A stretch of 64,000 nucleotides of DNA from an uncultured Gemmatimonadaceae bacterium. GTDB taxonomy: Bacteria > Gemmatimonadota > Gemmatimonadetes > Longimicrobiales > RSA9. Below, one piece after another: positions 21,401-30,621 of this stretch. Under the pieces are notes generated by a model, which saw only the letters and a program-made list of their open reading frames with translations, did not search any database and was not told the DNA's origin. The stretch is taken from positions 4,561-68,560 of the forward strand of contig CAZUFP010000010.1 in the NCBI GenBank assembly GCA_964619835.1, given 5' to 3'. The position numbers and the translations under genes were made by a program. Position 1 is the stretch's first letter; each line of letters begins with the position of its first letter.

Positions 21401-22239
21401 GTCCCTTCCCTTCCCTCGGTATCGGGAACGTCGTCCCCGGCCAGGGGCACCACCTGGGGCGCGCCCCTGTCCCGGCCGGGGCCGGCGTGTGGCTGGATGG
21501 CGACGGGCCAGCGGTAGACCCGGCGCACGTTGAATTCAGTGAGCACGTCGCCCGGCGTTCCTTCGGCGGCGGGGCGTCCCCGGTGCAGCAGGAGGAGGCG
21601 GGGTGCGTAGCGGGCCGCCAGGTTCAGGTGGTGCGTGACCAGCAGGACGGTGACGCCATCGTCGTCGGCGAGGCGGCGGAGGCGCTCGAAGATCTCCATC
21701 TCGTGGCGGATGTCGAGGGCGGCGGACGGCTCGTCCAGCACGAGCGTGTCCGGCCGCTGGGCCAGGGCGCGGGCCAGGCGCGCCCGCTGACGTTCGCCGC
21801 CGGACAGGGAGTCCACCGGCCGGTCGGCCATGTCCAGGACGTTGCACCGGGCCATGGCTTCGTCCACGGCTTCCCGGTCGGCGTGCCCGGCGCTCCGCCA
21901 CGGCCCCAAGTGCGGATAGCGGCCCATGGCGACCAGCTCCCGCACGCTCAGGGGGAACGCCAGCTCCTCTACCTGGGGCACGACCCCGACGTGGCGCGCC
22001 AGCTCGCGGCGGGGCCAGTCGGCCACCGGGCGGCCGTCGTAGCCGACCCCGCCCGCGTCGGGGCGCAGCACGCCCAGCAGCAGGCGCAGCAGCGTCGACT
22101 TGCCGGAGCCGTTGGGCCCGATGACGGCGTAGAGTGCGCCGCGCGGCACGGCCAGGTCCACGCCGTCCAGCGCCGGACGCTCGGCGCCCGGGTAGCGGTA
22201 CGACAGGCCGGCGGTCCGGAACACGACGTCGTCCGTCAC
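21397..22239 (-). CDS. Cobalamin/iron-siderophore ABC transporter ATPase (BtuD/FepC-like)
   Basis: [21 protein letters not shown] and H-loop. Confidence 0.9.
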   Translation of the reverse strand: MTDDVVFRTAGLSYRYPGAERPALDGVDLAVPRGALYAVIGPNGSGKSTLLRLLLGVLRPDAGGVGYDGRPVADWPRRELARHVGVVPQVEELAFPLSVRELVAMGRYPHLGPWRSAGHADREAVDEAMARCNVLDMADRPVDSLSGGERQRARLARALAQRPDTLVLDEPSAALDIRHEMEIFERLRRLADDDGVTVLLVTHHLNLAARYAPRLLLLHRGRPAAEGTPGDVLTEFNVRRVYRWPVAIQPHAGPGRDRGAPQVVPLAGDDVPDTEGREGT

Positions 22240-23243
22240 GCTCGCCTCCGGGTGAGCAGCACGACGAACACGGGCACGCCCACCAGCGCCGTGACGACGC
22301 CCACCGGCAGCTCGACGGGCGCGGCGACGGTGCGGGCAAGCGTGTCGGCCAGGAGCAGGAACGCGCCGCCGGCCAGCACCGATGCGGGCAGCAGGAAGCG
22401 GTGCTCGCTGCCCCAGACCAGGCGCAGGGCGTGGGGCACGATGAGGCCCACGAATCCGATGACGCCGGAGAACGCCACGCTGGCCGCCACCAGCAGCGAC
22501 GCCACGATGTAGGCCACGCGCTTCACCGACTCCACCCGCGTGCCCAGGTACGCCGCCGTCTCCTCGCCGATGGCGATGAGGTTGAGAGGCCGGGCGAGGG
22601 CGAGGAGCACGAGGATGGCCGGGGCCAGGTACAGGGCGAGCAGGCCGACGGACGTCCAGCTGGCGTCGGCCAGACTGCCCATCATCCAGAACACGGCGGA
22701 CCGGAACGTCTGCACGTCCGCCAGCGTGAGCAGCAGCAGGATGAGGGCGTTGAAGAAGGCGCCCACGACGACGCCGGCCAGGAGCAGGACGCGGGTGTCC
22801 AGGGCGTGGCCGGCGGCGATGGCGATGCGGAAGACCAGGGCGATGGCCAGGGCCGCGCCGCCGAACGCGGCCACCGGCGTGCCCCAGCCCAGGCCGGTGG
22901 CGAGGCCCAGGACGACGGCGCCCACGGCGCCCACGGCCGCGCCGCCGGACACGCCCAGGATGTAGGGATCGGCCAGCGGGTTGCGCAGCAGGGCCTGGAA
23001 CACGGCGCCGCTCAGGGCCAGGCCGCCGCCGACGAGAACGGCCAGGACGGCGCGGGGCAGCCGCAGGTCCAGGACGATGGTGCGGGCCGTCTCGCCGCCG
23101 CCGCCTGTGAACGCGCGAAGCACCATGGCGGGCGTGAGGTCCGCGGCGCCCACAGCGATGCTGAGCACGCCCGTGGCCAGCAGCAGGACGGCCAGCAGAC
23201 CCAGGCGCATGGGCACCGGCAGCTCGGCGAGACGGCGAATCAC
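22236..23243 (-). CDS. FecCD/BtuC-family ABC permease
   Basis: GTG start overlaps upstream stop. LRLPR, LLRNPLADPYILGVSGGA, IGFVGLIVPH and ELPVGVVTALVG. Confidence 0.9.
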   Translation of the reverse strand: MIRRLAELPVPMRLGLLAVLLLATGVLSIAVGAADLTPAMVLRAFTGGGGETARTIVLDLRLPRAVLAVLVGGGLALSGAVFQALLRNPLADPYILGVSGGAAVGAVGAVVLGLATGLGWGTPVAAFGGAALAIALVFRIAIAAGHALDTRVLLLAGVVVGAFFNALILLLLTLADVQTFRSAVFWMMGSLADASWTSVGLLALYLAPAILVLLALARPLNLIAIGEETAAYLGTRVESVKRVAYIVASLLVAASVAFSGVIGFVGLIVPHALRLVWGSEHRFLLPASVLAGGAFLLLADTLARTVAAPVELPVGVVTALVGVPVFVVLLTRRRA

Positions 23244-24151
23244 GGGCGCCCTCCGTGCAGCAGGCCGGCCAGGTCCCGGGCGATCTCGACCATGTGGGGG
23301 CCGGGCCGGTTGTACCGGTACGCGTCCACCTGGTACAAGCGCCCGCCGCGTACGGCGCGCAGACTGCTCCAGCCCGCGGTGCGGCGCAGGTGGGCGAGCA
23401 GGTCCGGCCGCTCCGGCGCCTGGGCGATGACGACCACGTCGGGGTCCCGGCGGACGATGTCCTCCAGGCTCAGCTGGGGCCACAGCACGCCGGTGTCTTC
23501 GAGGACGTTGCGTCCGCCCGCCACGTGCAGCAGCTCATCCACGAACGTTCCCGGCCCCGCGCCCATGGGCGGGTCCAGCCCGATCAGGTAGAGCACGTCC
23601 GGCACCGGCTCGCCGGCCACCGACTCCCGCACCGAGTCCAGCCCGGTGCGGAGGGCGCGTACCAGCGAGTCGGCGGCGGCGCTCCGGCCCAGCAACACGC
23701 CCAGGTCCTTCGCCACGGACAACGCGTCTTCGATGGTCTGGCTGGGCGCCGTGTAGACGGGGATGCCCAACTCTCCCAGCCGCTCCACCAGCGAGCGGGA
23801 GCGCGTGTCCGGCCAGCCGATGACCAGGTCCGGACGACGCTGCGCGATCCATTCCAGGCTCGGCGTCAGCCCGCCGCCCACCGACGGCAGGTCCGCCAGC
23901 CGGGGATCCTGGTCGTAGTCCGTACGCGCCACGAGCCGGTCCGCGGCGCCCAGGGCCACGACCAGCTCGTTCACCGATGGAATCAGGGAGATCACCCGCT
24001 TCGCCGGCGCCGCCAGGCTCACGCGTCGGCCCGCGCCATCCACCACCGTCAGGGGAGAGTCGGCCGCACCGCTCGCAGACGTTTCTCTCTCGCACGCCCC
24101 GTGGGTGAGTGCCGTGATCAGCAGCAGAGAGATGGCAGCGATGCGCCGCAA
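23240..24151 (-). CDS. Cobalamin ABC substrate-binding protein (BtuF-like)
   Basis: Signal/lipobox-like HGAC, KRVISLIPS, PSLEWI..RRPDL and NRPGP. TTG start is estimated. Confidence 0.82.
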   Translation of the reverse strand: MRRIAAISLLLITALTHGACERETSASGAADSPLTVVDGAGRRVSLAAPAKRVISLIPSVNELVVALGAADRLVARTDYDQDPRLADLPSVGGGLTPSLEWIAQRRPDLVIGWPDTRSRSLVERLGELGIPVYTAPSQTIEDALSVAKDLGVLLGRSAAADSLVRALRTGLDSVRESVAGEPVPDVLYLIGLDPPMGAGPGTFVDELLHVAGGRNVLEDTGVLWPQLSLEDIVRRDPDVVVIAQAPERPDLLAHLRRTAGWSSLRAVRGGRLYQVDAYRYNRPGPHMVEIARDLAGLLHGGRP

Positions 24152-24248
24152 AAAGGCCCGTCCTTCCCCTGGCCGGGGAAAGCAACGGGCTTGACCGCCA
24201 GCTGCGTTCGCGCTCCCCGACCCTTCCCGCGAAGGGTGATCATCGGGC

Positions 24249-24412
24249 GCGAACGGAACCCGTCTCCTGGCTTCGAGGCAGCGCCGCTCGCCTTCCCGGG
24301 ATTCCTCCCAGTGGCTCATTGAGCGCGCCACACCGCCGCCCTCGGGCGACGGGCCTCTTACAGTGGCGGGGCCGCGCCGGCATTGCACCGGTCTTCCGGA
24401 GGCCCCGTTCGC
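24249..24412 (-). ncRNA. Cobalamin (B12) riboswitch
   Basis: Minus strand reads GGAAGACCGGTGCAATGCCGGCGCGGCCCCGCCACTGTAA ... GCCACTGGGAGGAATCCCGGGAAGG ... AAGCCAGGAGAC. It is closed by P1 gcgaacgg/ccgttcgc and lies upstream of the btu-like operon. Confidence 0.92.
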
Positions 24413-24534
24413 GTATGTCGAGTTTGAAAGCTAGACGCGAGCGCGTCGGACGGCAACCGGGCCGGCCGCCATGCGCGCCATCTCAGGCAGCGGAGCCCCC
24501 CATGGTGGGCGCCGGGGGAAAGATTCAGGGGCGT

Positions 24535-25785
24535 TCAGGCGCCGAAAGGAGGTGGCAATGTGTCCGGCAACGCCTGTGGCGGGACCGACGGACTGGCCGC
24601 CGTAGGCGTCGTGTCGCGCGGCGTGGTGTCCCGCCGCGCGCCGGGCGTGCCGATGACGCCGACGCGGGGCTGGATCTGGGGCATGGCCGGCGGGGTGTCG
24701 ACCGGGGGCCGGCGGATGCGCCGCGCAGGCGCAGGCTGCGCCTGCTGCGGCGTCGTTTCGGCGGTGTCGGCCGCCCCGGCCGTGTCGGGTGGCAGGGGCT
24801 GGCAGGTCTCGTCGAGGAGCAGGCGCCATCCCTCGCCGTCGCTACCGACGGCCATGAAGTGGCTGCGGTTCGTGGTGTACACGTCCAGCAGCAGGTCCGG
24901 TTGGCCGTCGTGGCTCCAATCGAGGTAGTCGATGAGGCGCGGTGCGGCCTTGCCGGTCTTCGCGTAGTCGTCGAACCGCACGAACACGGTGTCGTAGCCC
25001 ACCTGCGCGTGGGGGACGGCCACGAAGAAGAGAGACTCGCCGATGTCGTCCAGGCCGGGGGCCAGCGTGTCGCCGACGAGGAACGTGGCGGCGAAGGCGG
25101 CGTCGTCGGAGCCCGCGATGGGGAACGGCGTCAGCTGGGCGAGGGCATGAGTCCAGTTCGTGGGCAGGGTGGCGTGCCGTGCATCGAGCAGGTGATTGGC
25201 CAGGATAGGCGCCACGACGCGCATGCGCCGGTCCAAGGGTGGTGGCGGGGGCACGTTGCCCCGGGGCGTGGCGGTGCGCGGCTGGATGAGAGCCAGAAAC
25301 TCGCGCGCCTCGGTATTGCGGTCCAGCCGGACGTCGCCGATGCCGTGGGGCAGCGGCTGGCAGGCGTCGCGTCCGGCGAGGCCTGCGGAATCCACGGTCA
25401 GAGTGCCGGACTGTTGTCCTCGCCGGAACAGGATGTAGCGCGTACCGGCTTCGAAGTGCTGGCTGATGAACGCGGGTTCGTAGACGGCCGGATCGACGGG
25501 CTGAAGCGCCCGCAGACCGCCGTCCTGGATCTCGCCGACGGGGCGGATGACGCCACGGCGTCCCGCGTCGTCGACGCGGACGTAATAGAGCAGAGGCCCT
25601 TCCGGTAGCCGCTCGCCCGGTGCGGCGGCCGCGGTCGCGAGCTTTCCGCCCTTGGGCGCGGGCCGCACGACGGTGACCTGGATGCCGCCCCAATGGACGT
25701 TGTCGCACCCGGTAGCGAGCGTTACAATCAGGAGGGCCGCAAGCGGCGTGATTCGTCGGATTCCTGAGCTCATCAACCCCCTCAA
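24535..25785 (-). CDS. Hypothetical lipoprotein with Pro-rich C-terminal tail
   Basis: Lipobox LATGC, FG-GAP-like LDWSHDGQPDLLL, low-complexity tail. Start may be 25773. Confidence 0.65.
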   Translation of the reverse strand: MRGLMSSGIRRITPLAALLIVTLATGCDNVHWGGIQVTVVRPAPKGGKLATAAAAPGERLPEGPLLYYVRVDDAGRRGVIRPVGEIQDGGLRALQPVDPAVYEPAFISQHFEAGTRYILFRRGQQSGTLTVDSAGLAGRDACQPLPHGIGDVRLDRNTEAREFLALIQPRTATPRGNVPPPPPLDRRMRVVAPILANHLLDARHATLPTNWTHALAQLTPFPIAGSDDAAFAATFLVGDTLAPGLDDIGESLFFVAVPHAQVGYDTVFVRFDDYAKTGKAAPRLIDYLDWSHDGQPDLLLDVYTTNRSHFMAVGSDGEGWRLLLDETCQPLPPDTAGAADTAETTPQQAQPAPARRIRRPPVDTPPAMPQIQPRVGVIGTPGARRDTTPRDTTPTAASPSVPPQALPDTLPPPFGA

Positions 25786-25909
25786 CGTGCACCGAAGTTA
25801 GAGGCCGTCATCCACGGACGCAACGGACGGATGCGGACGTTCGGGGTACCCCATCCGCCGCCGAACGTGCGGGTCGGGCGGCCGGTTCATGATAACTCTG
25901 TGAGGACGG

Positions 25910-26392
25910 ATGGGTCTGGACAGCTCTGAATTCCGCCGGATCATGGGCCATCTGGTCACGGGAGTCACGGTCGTCACGGCGACGGACCCGGAGAATGGCC
26001 AGCCGTGCGGCCTGACGGCGAACGCGGTCACGTCGGTGTCGTTGGACCCTGCGCTTGTGCTGGCCTGTGTGGAACGTGGCGCGGACACGCATGACTGCAT
26101 CGAGCGGGCGGGCGCGTTCGCCATCAACGTACTGCGTGAGCAGGACGAGCGCGTGTCCCGCCGGTTCGCCGCCTGGGAAGTGGACGCCAAGTTCCAGGGC
26201 GTGGCGTTCCATGCGGAAGTGACCGGCGCGCCGGTTCTCGATGACGCCCTGGCCTGGGTGGACTGCAAGGTGTACGCGGCGTACGACGGCGGCGACCACA
26301 CCATCTACGTAGGCGCCGTGCAGTCGGGCGACGCGGGGATGGGATCGCCGCTGCTCTATTATCGGGGCGGCTACGGGCGGTTCGTGCCATGA
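25910..26392 (+). CDS. Flavin reductase family protein
   Basis: FRRIMGHLVTGVTVVT, SVSLDPALV, GGDHTIYVG and PLLYYRG. Confidence 0.9.
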   Translation: MGLDSSEFRRIMGHLVTGVTVVTATDPENGQPCGLTANAVTSVSLDPALVLACVERGADTHDCIERAGAFAINVLREQDERVSRRFAAWEVDAKFQGVAFHAEVTGAPVLDDALAWVDCKVYAAYDGGDHTIYVGAVQSGDAGMGSPLLYYRGGYGRFVP

Positions 26393-27663
26393 GCGCGGCA
26401 GGCATGGGTTGGCGCCGGAGCATCGCGGCGGCGGCCGCCGGCCTGGCGGTGGGCGCGGCGGGCTCGGCCGGCGTGGCCCTGCTGCTCTACCGCGAGCAGG
26501 GCATGCTGGTGCCGGCAGGTTTCCTGACCGCGCTGGCGCTGCTGTCCATCGGGGCGGGCGTGTGGGCGGGTGGAGGGGCCACGTCGGCGGGACGCCGGGG
26601 GCTGACGGCCATCATCGGCTTCACCGCGGCGGCCGTGATCGCCTTTTTCTGGACGACGGTGACCACGCTGCAGACGACGCGCCTCGGCCCGCCGCTGGCG
26701 GTCGTCCTGCTGCTGGCGGAGCCCATGTTCGCGGGCGGCGCGCTGATCGCCAGCCTGGGCGGACGGGGCACGCCGATGTCCGCGCTGCTGGGCAGCGGCG
26801 TGGGCGTTCTGCTGGCGACGGCGGTGCTGATCCCGCACCTGCCGGCACCCAGCGTGTACATCCTGGCGGCACTGGTGGTGGCGGTGGGCATGCTGTGGGT
26901 CGGAGGAACGAGGAGCGAGGCCATGAGCGGCCAACGGGTGATCATCACGGGCGTGGGCGGGCGTGGCCAGGTGGGCTACGCCCTGGCGGAAGCGTTCCTG
27001 GCGGAAGGCGCGCGCCTCGTCGTCACGGGACACTCGGCGGAGGTGGAGGCCCACGCGCGAGAACTCGCGGCGAAGGGCGCGGTGGCGGGTGTCGTCGCGG
27101 ACCTGACTCTGCCGGCGGATGCCGAACGGGTGGTGGCGGCGGCGCGGGAGCGCTTCGGCGGGGTGGACGTGCTGGTGAACGCCGTGGGCGGGTTGCGGGT
27201 GGTGCGGCCGCTGGCCGACACGTCCGTGGAGGAATGGGACGACGAGATCGACCGGAACGCCCGGACCGCGTTCGTCATGTGTGCGGCGGCGCTGCCGCTG
27301 CTGCGGGAGAGCCGCGGCGCCATCGTGAACTTCGCGTCCCCCGCCGGCCTGGATGCGGGGGCCAACGTGGGGGCGTACAGCGCGGGGAAGGCGGGCGTCA
27401 TCGCGGTGACGCAGGCGCTGGCCAAGGAGGAGAAGGCGAACGGCGTGCGCGTGAACGCCGTGGCGCCCGGCATGATCGACACGGAGCAGAACCGGGGCGA
27501 GGTGGAGGATCCGGCGGCGGTGGACTGGGTGACGCGGGAGCAGATCGCCGCGCTGGTGCTGTTCCTGGCGGGCCCGGCCAGCGCGGGCGTCACTGGGGAG
27601 GTGGTGCGGGCGTTGGGCGGCGCCGCGGGCGCGGCGCCGGGACCGACGAGGGACGACCGTTGA
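26389..27663 (+). CDS. Multi-TM membrane domain fused in frame to an SDR oxidoreductase
   Basis: About 178 hydrophobic residues, then MSGQRVIITGVGGRGQVG, VNAVGG, YSAGK and NAVAPGMIDT. An internal ATG at 26923 has its own GAGGAG RBS. Confidence 0.75.
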   Translation: MSAAGMGWRRSIAAAAAGLAVGAAGSAGVALLLYREQGMLVPAGFLTALALLSIGAGVWAGGGATSAGRRGLTAIIGFTAAAVIAFFWTTVTTLQTTRLGPPLAVVLLLAEPMFAGGALIASLGGRGTPMSALLGSGVGVLLATAVLIPHLPAPSVYILAALVVAVGMLWVGGTRSEAMSGQRVIITGVGGRGQVGYALAEAFLAEGARLVVTGHSAEVEAHARELAAKGAVAGVVADLTLPADAERVVAAARERFGGVDVLVNAVGGLRVVRPLADTSVEEWDDEIDRNARTAFVMCAAALPLLRESRGAIVNFASPAGLDAGANVGAYSAGKAGVIAVTQALAKEEKANGVRVNAVAPGMIDTEQNRGEVEDPAAVDWVTREQIAALVLFLAGPASAGVTGEVVRALGGAAGAAPGPTRDDR

Positions 27664-27712
27664 CCGTCGAGGATCGGGGGCGGTGCAGGTCCGCGTTCGT
27701 GGATCGTCGGTC
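27641..27712. repeat. Heptamer-family repeat with 9-bp inverted repeat at SDR 3' end
   Basis: cgaccgttgaccg 27654-27666 is identical to 19193-19205; gaccgacga 27641-27649 is inverted at 27704-27712. Confidence 0.6.
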
Positions 27713-27783
27713 ATGTCGCCGGAGTCCGCCGCGCTCCCTAAGTTGACGGACGACTGAAACAGGCAACAGCGGAACCGGACAGA

Positions 27784-28623
27784 ATGGCACAGGCGATCAC
27801 ACAGGTGGACTCATTCACGGCGCAACCGTTCCGGGGCAACCCGGCGGGGGTGTGCGTGCTGGAAGTGGAGCGGGACGCGGAGTGGATGCAGGCGGTGGCG
27901 AAGGAGATGAACCTGTCCGAGACGGCGTTTTTGCGGCGTCGTGAGGACGGGGATTACGACCTGCGCTGGTTCACGCCCGCGGTGGAGGTGGACCTGTGCG
28001 GCCACGCGACGCTGGCGAGCGCGCACGTCCTGTGGTCGGAGGGGCACGTGGCGGAGGACGCGCCGGCCCGGTTCCACACGTTGAGCGGTCTGCTGACCTG
28101 CCGCCGGACGGGCGACTGGATCGAGATGGATTTCCCGGCGGAGCCTGTGCTCGAGCGGCTGGCGTTGCCGGGCGAGTCGTCCCGGGCCGGCGGCATGGCT
28201 CCGCCGGCGTTGCTGGAAGGTCTCGGCATCTCGCCGCATGACGTGCGGGAAGTCTGGCGCAACCGGGTCGACCTGTTGATGGTGCTGAGGAAAGAGGCGC
28301 ACGTGGGGGCGATCCGCCCCAACCATACGGTACTGGGCACCATCGACACGCGGGGCATCATCGTGACGGCGCCGTCGGATTCCCCGGACTACGATTTCGT
28401 GTCGCGTTTCTTCGGGCCGGCGTCGGGCGTACCGGAGGACCCGGTGACGGGCTCGGCGCACTGCTGCCTGGGGCCGTACTGGGGTGCCCGTCTCGGCAAG
28501 GAGGAGATGGTGGGCTACCAGGCGTCGGCCCGCGGCGGCGTGGTCAGGGTGCGGCTGGCGGGCGATCGTGTCACGCTGGCGGGCCAGGCCGTGACCGTCC
28601 TGCGCGGCAACCTGGAGGGCTGA
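27784..28623 (+). CDS. PhzF family epimerase/isomerase
   Basis: FRGNPAGV, NLSETAF, LRWFTP..EVDLCGHATLA and EDPVTGSAH. Confidence 0.9.
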   Translation: MAQAITQVDSFTAQPFRGNPAGVCVLEVERDAEWMQAVAKEMNLSETAFLRRREDGDYDLRWFTPAVEVDLCGHATLASAHVLWSEGHVAEDAPARFHTLSGLLTCRRTGDWIEMDFPAEPVLERLALPGESSRAGGMAPPALLEGLGISPHDVREVWRNRVDLLMVLRKEAHVGAIRPNHTVLGTIDTRGIIVTAPSDSPDYDFVSRFFGPASGVPEDPVTGSAHCCLGPYWGARLGKEEMVGYQASARGGVVRVRLAGDRVTLAGQAVTVLRGNLEG

Positions 28624-28624
28624 C

Positions 28625-29110
28625 ATGCCGGACGCACTGACGCCCCTGCGGGAGATGGCGCGGCTGCACACGCGTCTCTTCCTGAACGCCCTGGCCGGCG
28701 TCGACGACGAAGCGGCGGCGCGGCGGCCGGAGGGCCGGACCAACAACATCGCGTTCGTGGCGTTGCACGTCCTGGATGCCCGCTGCTGGCTGGCGGGTTA
28801 CCTGGGGGAGCCGCTCACCCATCCGTTCGACGAGGACCTGAGGGACGTCAACAGCGTGGACGACGTGGAGACGCTGCCGCCCATCGACGCGGTGCGCGAC
28901 GCCTGGCGGGACGCGTCCCGTTCGTTCGAAGCGCTGCTGGACCGCCTCGACGCGGACGCGCTCGCGGGCCCTTCACCCATGCCGTTCCCCATCGATGACA
29001 CGACCACGCTCGGCGCGCTCGTCTTCCTGCTGCACCACGAAGCGTTCCATGTCGGCCAGCTCGCGCTGTTGCGCCGGTACGTCGGGCTCGACGGGCTGAG
29101 CTACGAGTGA
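28625..29110 (+). CDS. DinB/DUF664 family protein
   Basis: Four-helix pattern with LHVL and HHEAFHVGQL. Confidence 0.75.
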   Translation: MPDALTPLREMARLHTRLFLNALAGVDDEAAARRPEGRTNNIAFVALHVLDARCWLAGYLGEPLTHPFDEDLRDVNSVDDVETLPPIDAVRDAWRDASRSFEALLDRLDADALAGPSPMPFPIDDTTTLGALVFLLHHEAFHVGQLALLRRYVGLDGLSYE

Positions 29111-29155
29111 GGCCGGCCAACACCCCGTGACGGCCCGATCCCCGGCCTTTCTGTC

Positions 29156-30412
29156 ATGATCATCGCCCACCTCGCCGACCTCCACCTCGGCTACCGCGCC
29201 TACCACAGGATGGCGCCCGGAGGGGTCAACCTGCGGGAACACGACGTGGCGGAGGCGTTCCGCGCCGCGCTGGAGCGCGTCATCGAGCTGGAGCCCGACC
29301 TGGTGCTGGTGGCGGGCGACGTGTTCCACACGGTGCGCCCCTCCAACGCAGCCATCACATACGCGTTCCGCCAGTTCCTGCGGCTGCAGCGCGCGCTGCC
29401 GGCGACACCCGTCGTGGTCATCGCGGGCAACCACGACGCGCCGCGCTCCGTGGAGAGCGGCAGCATCCTGCGGCTGCTGGGCGAGATCGAGAACGTCACG
29501 GTGGCGGACGGCGAAGTGCGCCGGCTGGAGCTGGACGCCATTGACACGTCGGTGCTTTGCGTGCCGCACCCGGCGCTGGCCGCGGGTGCGGACATCGATT
29601 TCGCGCCGTCGTCGTCCGGCACGAACGTCATGGTGCTGCACGCGACGGTGGGCGGCGCGGACGTGGAGGAGCAGTTGCGCCGGTTCGGCGAGTACGGCGG
29701 GGTGAAGGTGGACGCCGACGACCTGTTTCCGGAGCGCTGGGACTACATCGCCCTGGGGCACTACCACAACACCGCGCAGCTGACGCCCAACATGTGGTAC
29801 GCCGGCGCGTTGGAGCGCTGCTCCACGAACATCTGGGAGGAGTCCACCGTCGACAAAGGCTTCCTCACGTACGACACGGAAGCCCGCGACGTCGCGTTCC
29901 ACGCCGTGCCCACGCGGCGCGTCATCGACCTGCCGCGGTTGTCGGGCAAGGACGAGGACGGCGGCTGGCGGTCCGCCGAGGCGCTGGACACGGCGATCCG
30001 GGAGCGGGTCGAGGCCGTGGACGGCGGCATCGACGACCGCATCGTCCGGCTGGTCATCACGGACATCACCCGCGAGCTGTTCCGCCAGCTGGACCATCGG
30101 GCTTTGCGGCAGTTCCGCGCCCGGACCCTCCATTTCCACGTGGATGCCCGCCGGCCGGAGCTCCACCGCGTAGCCGGTGTCGACGCGGCCGGCATCCACC
30201 GGACGCTGGAGGAGGAGGTCCAGTTGTTCCTTACGCGGCGCTGGAAGCCGACCTCCGGGGACATCGAGCCGAAGCACCTCGTGGAGCTGGCCGAGAAGTA
30301 CATGGAGGGGACCGAGGTGCCGTCCCTGGCGGCCGGCGAGCCGCTCGTCGAGGACGGGCCGGCCGGGAAAGGGCCGGCCGGGGATGGTTCTCCGGAGGGT
30401 GGTGCGGTATGA
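29156..30412 (+). CDS. sbcD: SbcD/Mre11-like DNA repair exonuclease
   Basis: ADLHLG, GDVFH, GNHD, LH and YIALGHYH metallophosphoesterase motifs; upstream of an SMC ATPase. Confidence 0.85.
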   Translation: MIIAHLADLHLGYRAYHRMAPGGVNLREHDVAEAFRAALERVIELEPDLVLVAGDVFHTVRPSNAAITYAFRQFLRLQRALPATPVVVIAGNHDAPRSVESGSILRLLGEIENVTVADGEVRRLELDAIDTSVLCVPHPALAAGADIDFAPSSSGTNVMVLHATVGGADVEEQLRRFGEYGGVKVDADDLFPERWDYIALGHYHNTAQLTPNMWYAGALERCSTNIWEESTVDKGFLTYDTEARDVAFHAVPTRRVIDLPRLSGKDEDGGWRSAEALDTAIRERVEAVDGGIDDRIVRLVITDITRELFRQLDHRALRQFRARTLHFHVDARRPELHRVAGVDAAGIHRTLEEEVQLFLTRRWKPTSGDIEPKHLVELAEKYMEGTEVPSLAAGEPLVEDGPAGKGPAGDGSPEGGAV

Positions 30413-30621
30413 CCGGACACCCTTCAACGGCCGAGTTCCACTTCGAGCTCGACTTCGGGCTCGAAGAGCGCGGGGCCGGCCCGCGGCATCAGCGGGAGTC
30501 CCGGGTTGCGGCCCACGCCGGGATGTTGCCTCGCGCAGCGAGCCAGGCCGGTGCCGCGCACTCCCGCCGGTCGTCGGTGGTCGGTCGCCGGTGGACGGGT
30601 GGGGGGAGGCCGCCGGGATGA
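30409..30621 (+). CDS. Putative 70-aa repeat-derived ORF coupled to sbcD and sbcC
   Basis: ATG overlaps the sbcD stop and its TGA overlaps the sbcC ATG (ATGA at both ends). No family similarity recognised. Confidence 0.35.
   Translation: MTGHPSTAEFHFELDFGLEERGAGPRHQRESRVAAHAGMLPRAASQAGAAHSRRSSVVGRRWTGGGRPPG

Noticed and set aside
30356-30382. 15-bp-period duplication in the sbcD C-terminus (GPAGK GPAGD)
   Set aside because: Short low-complexity tail duplication, probably slippage with no evident function.
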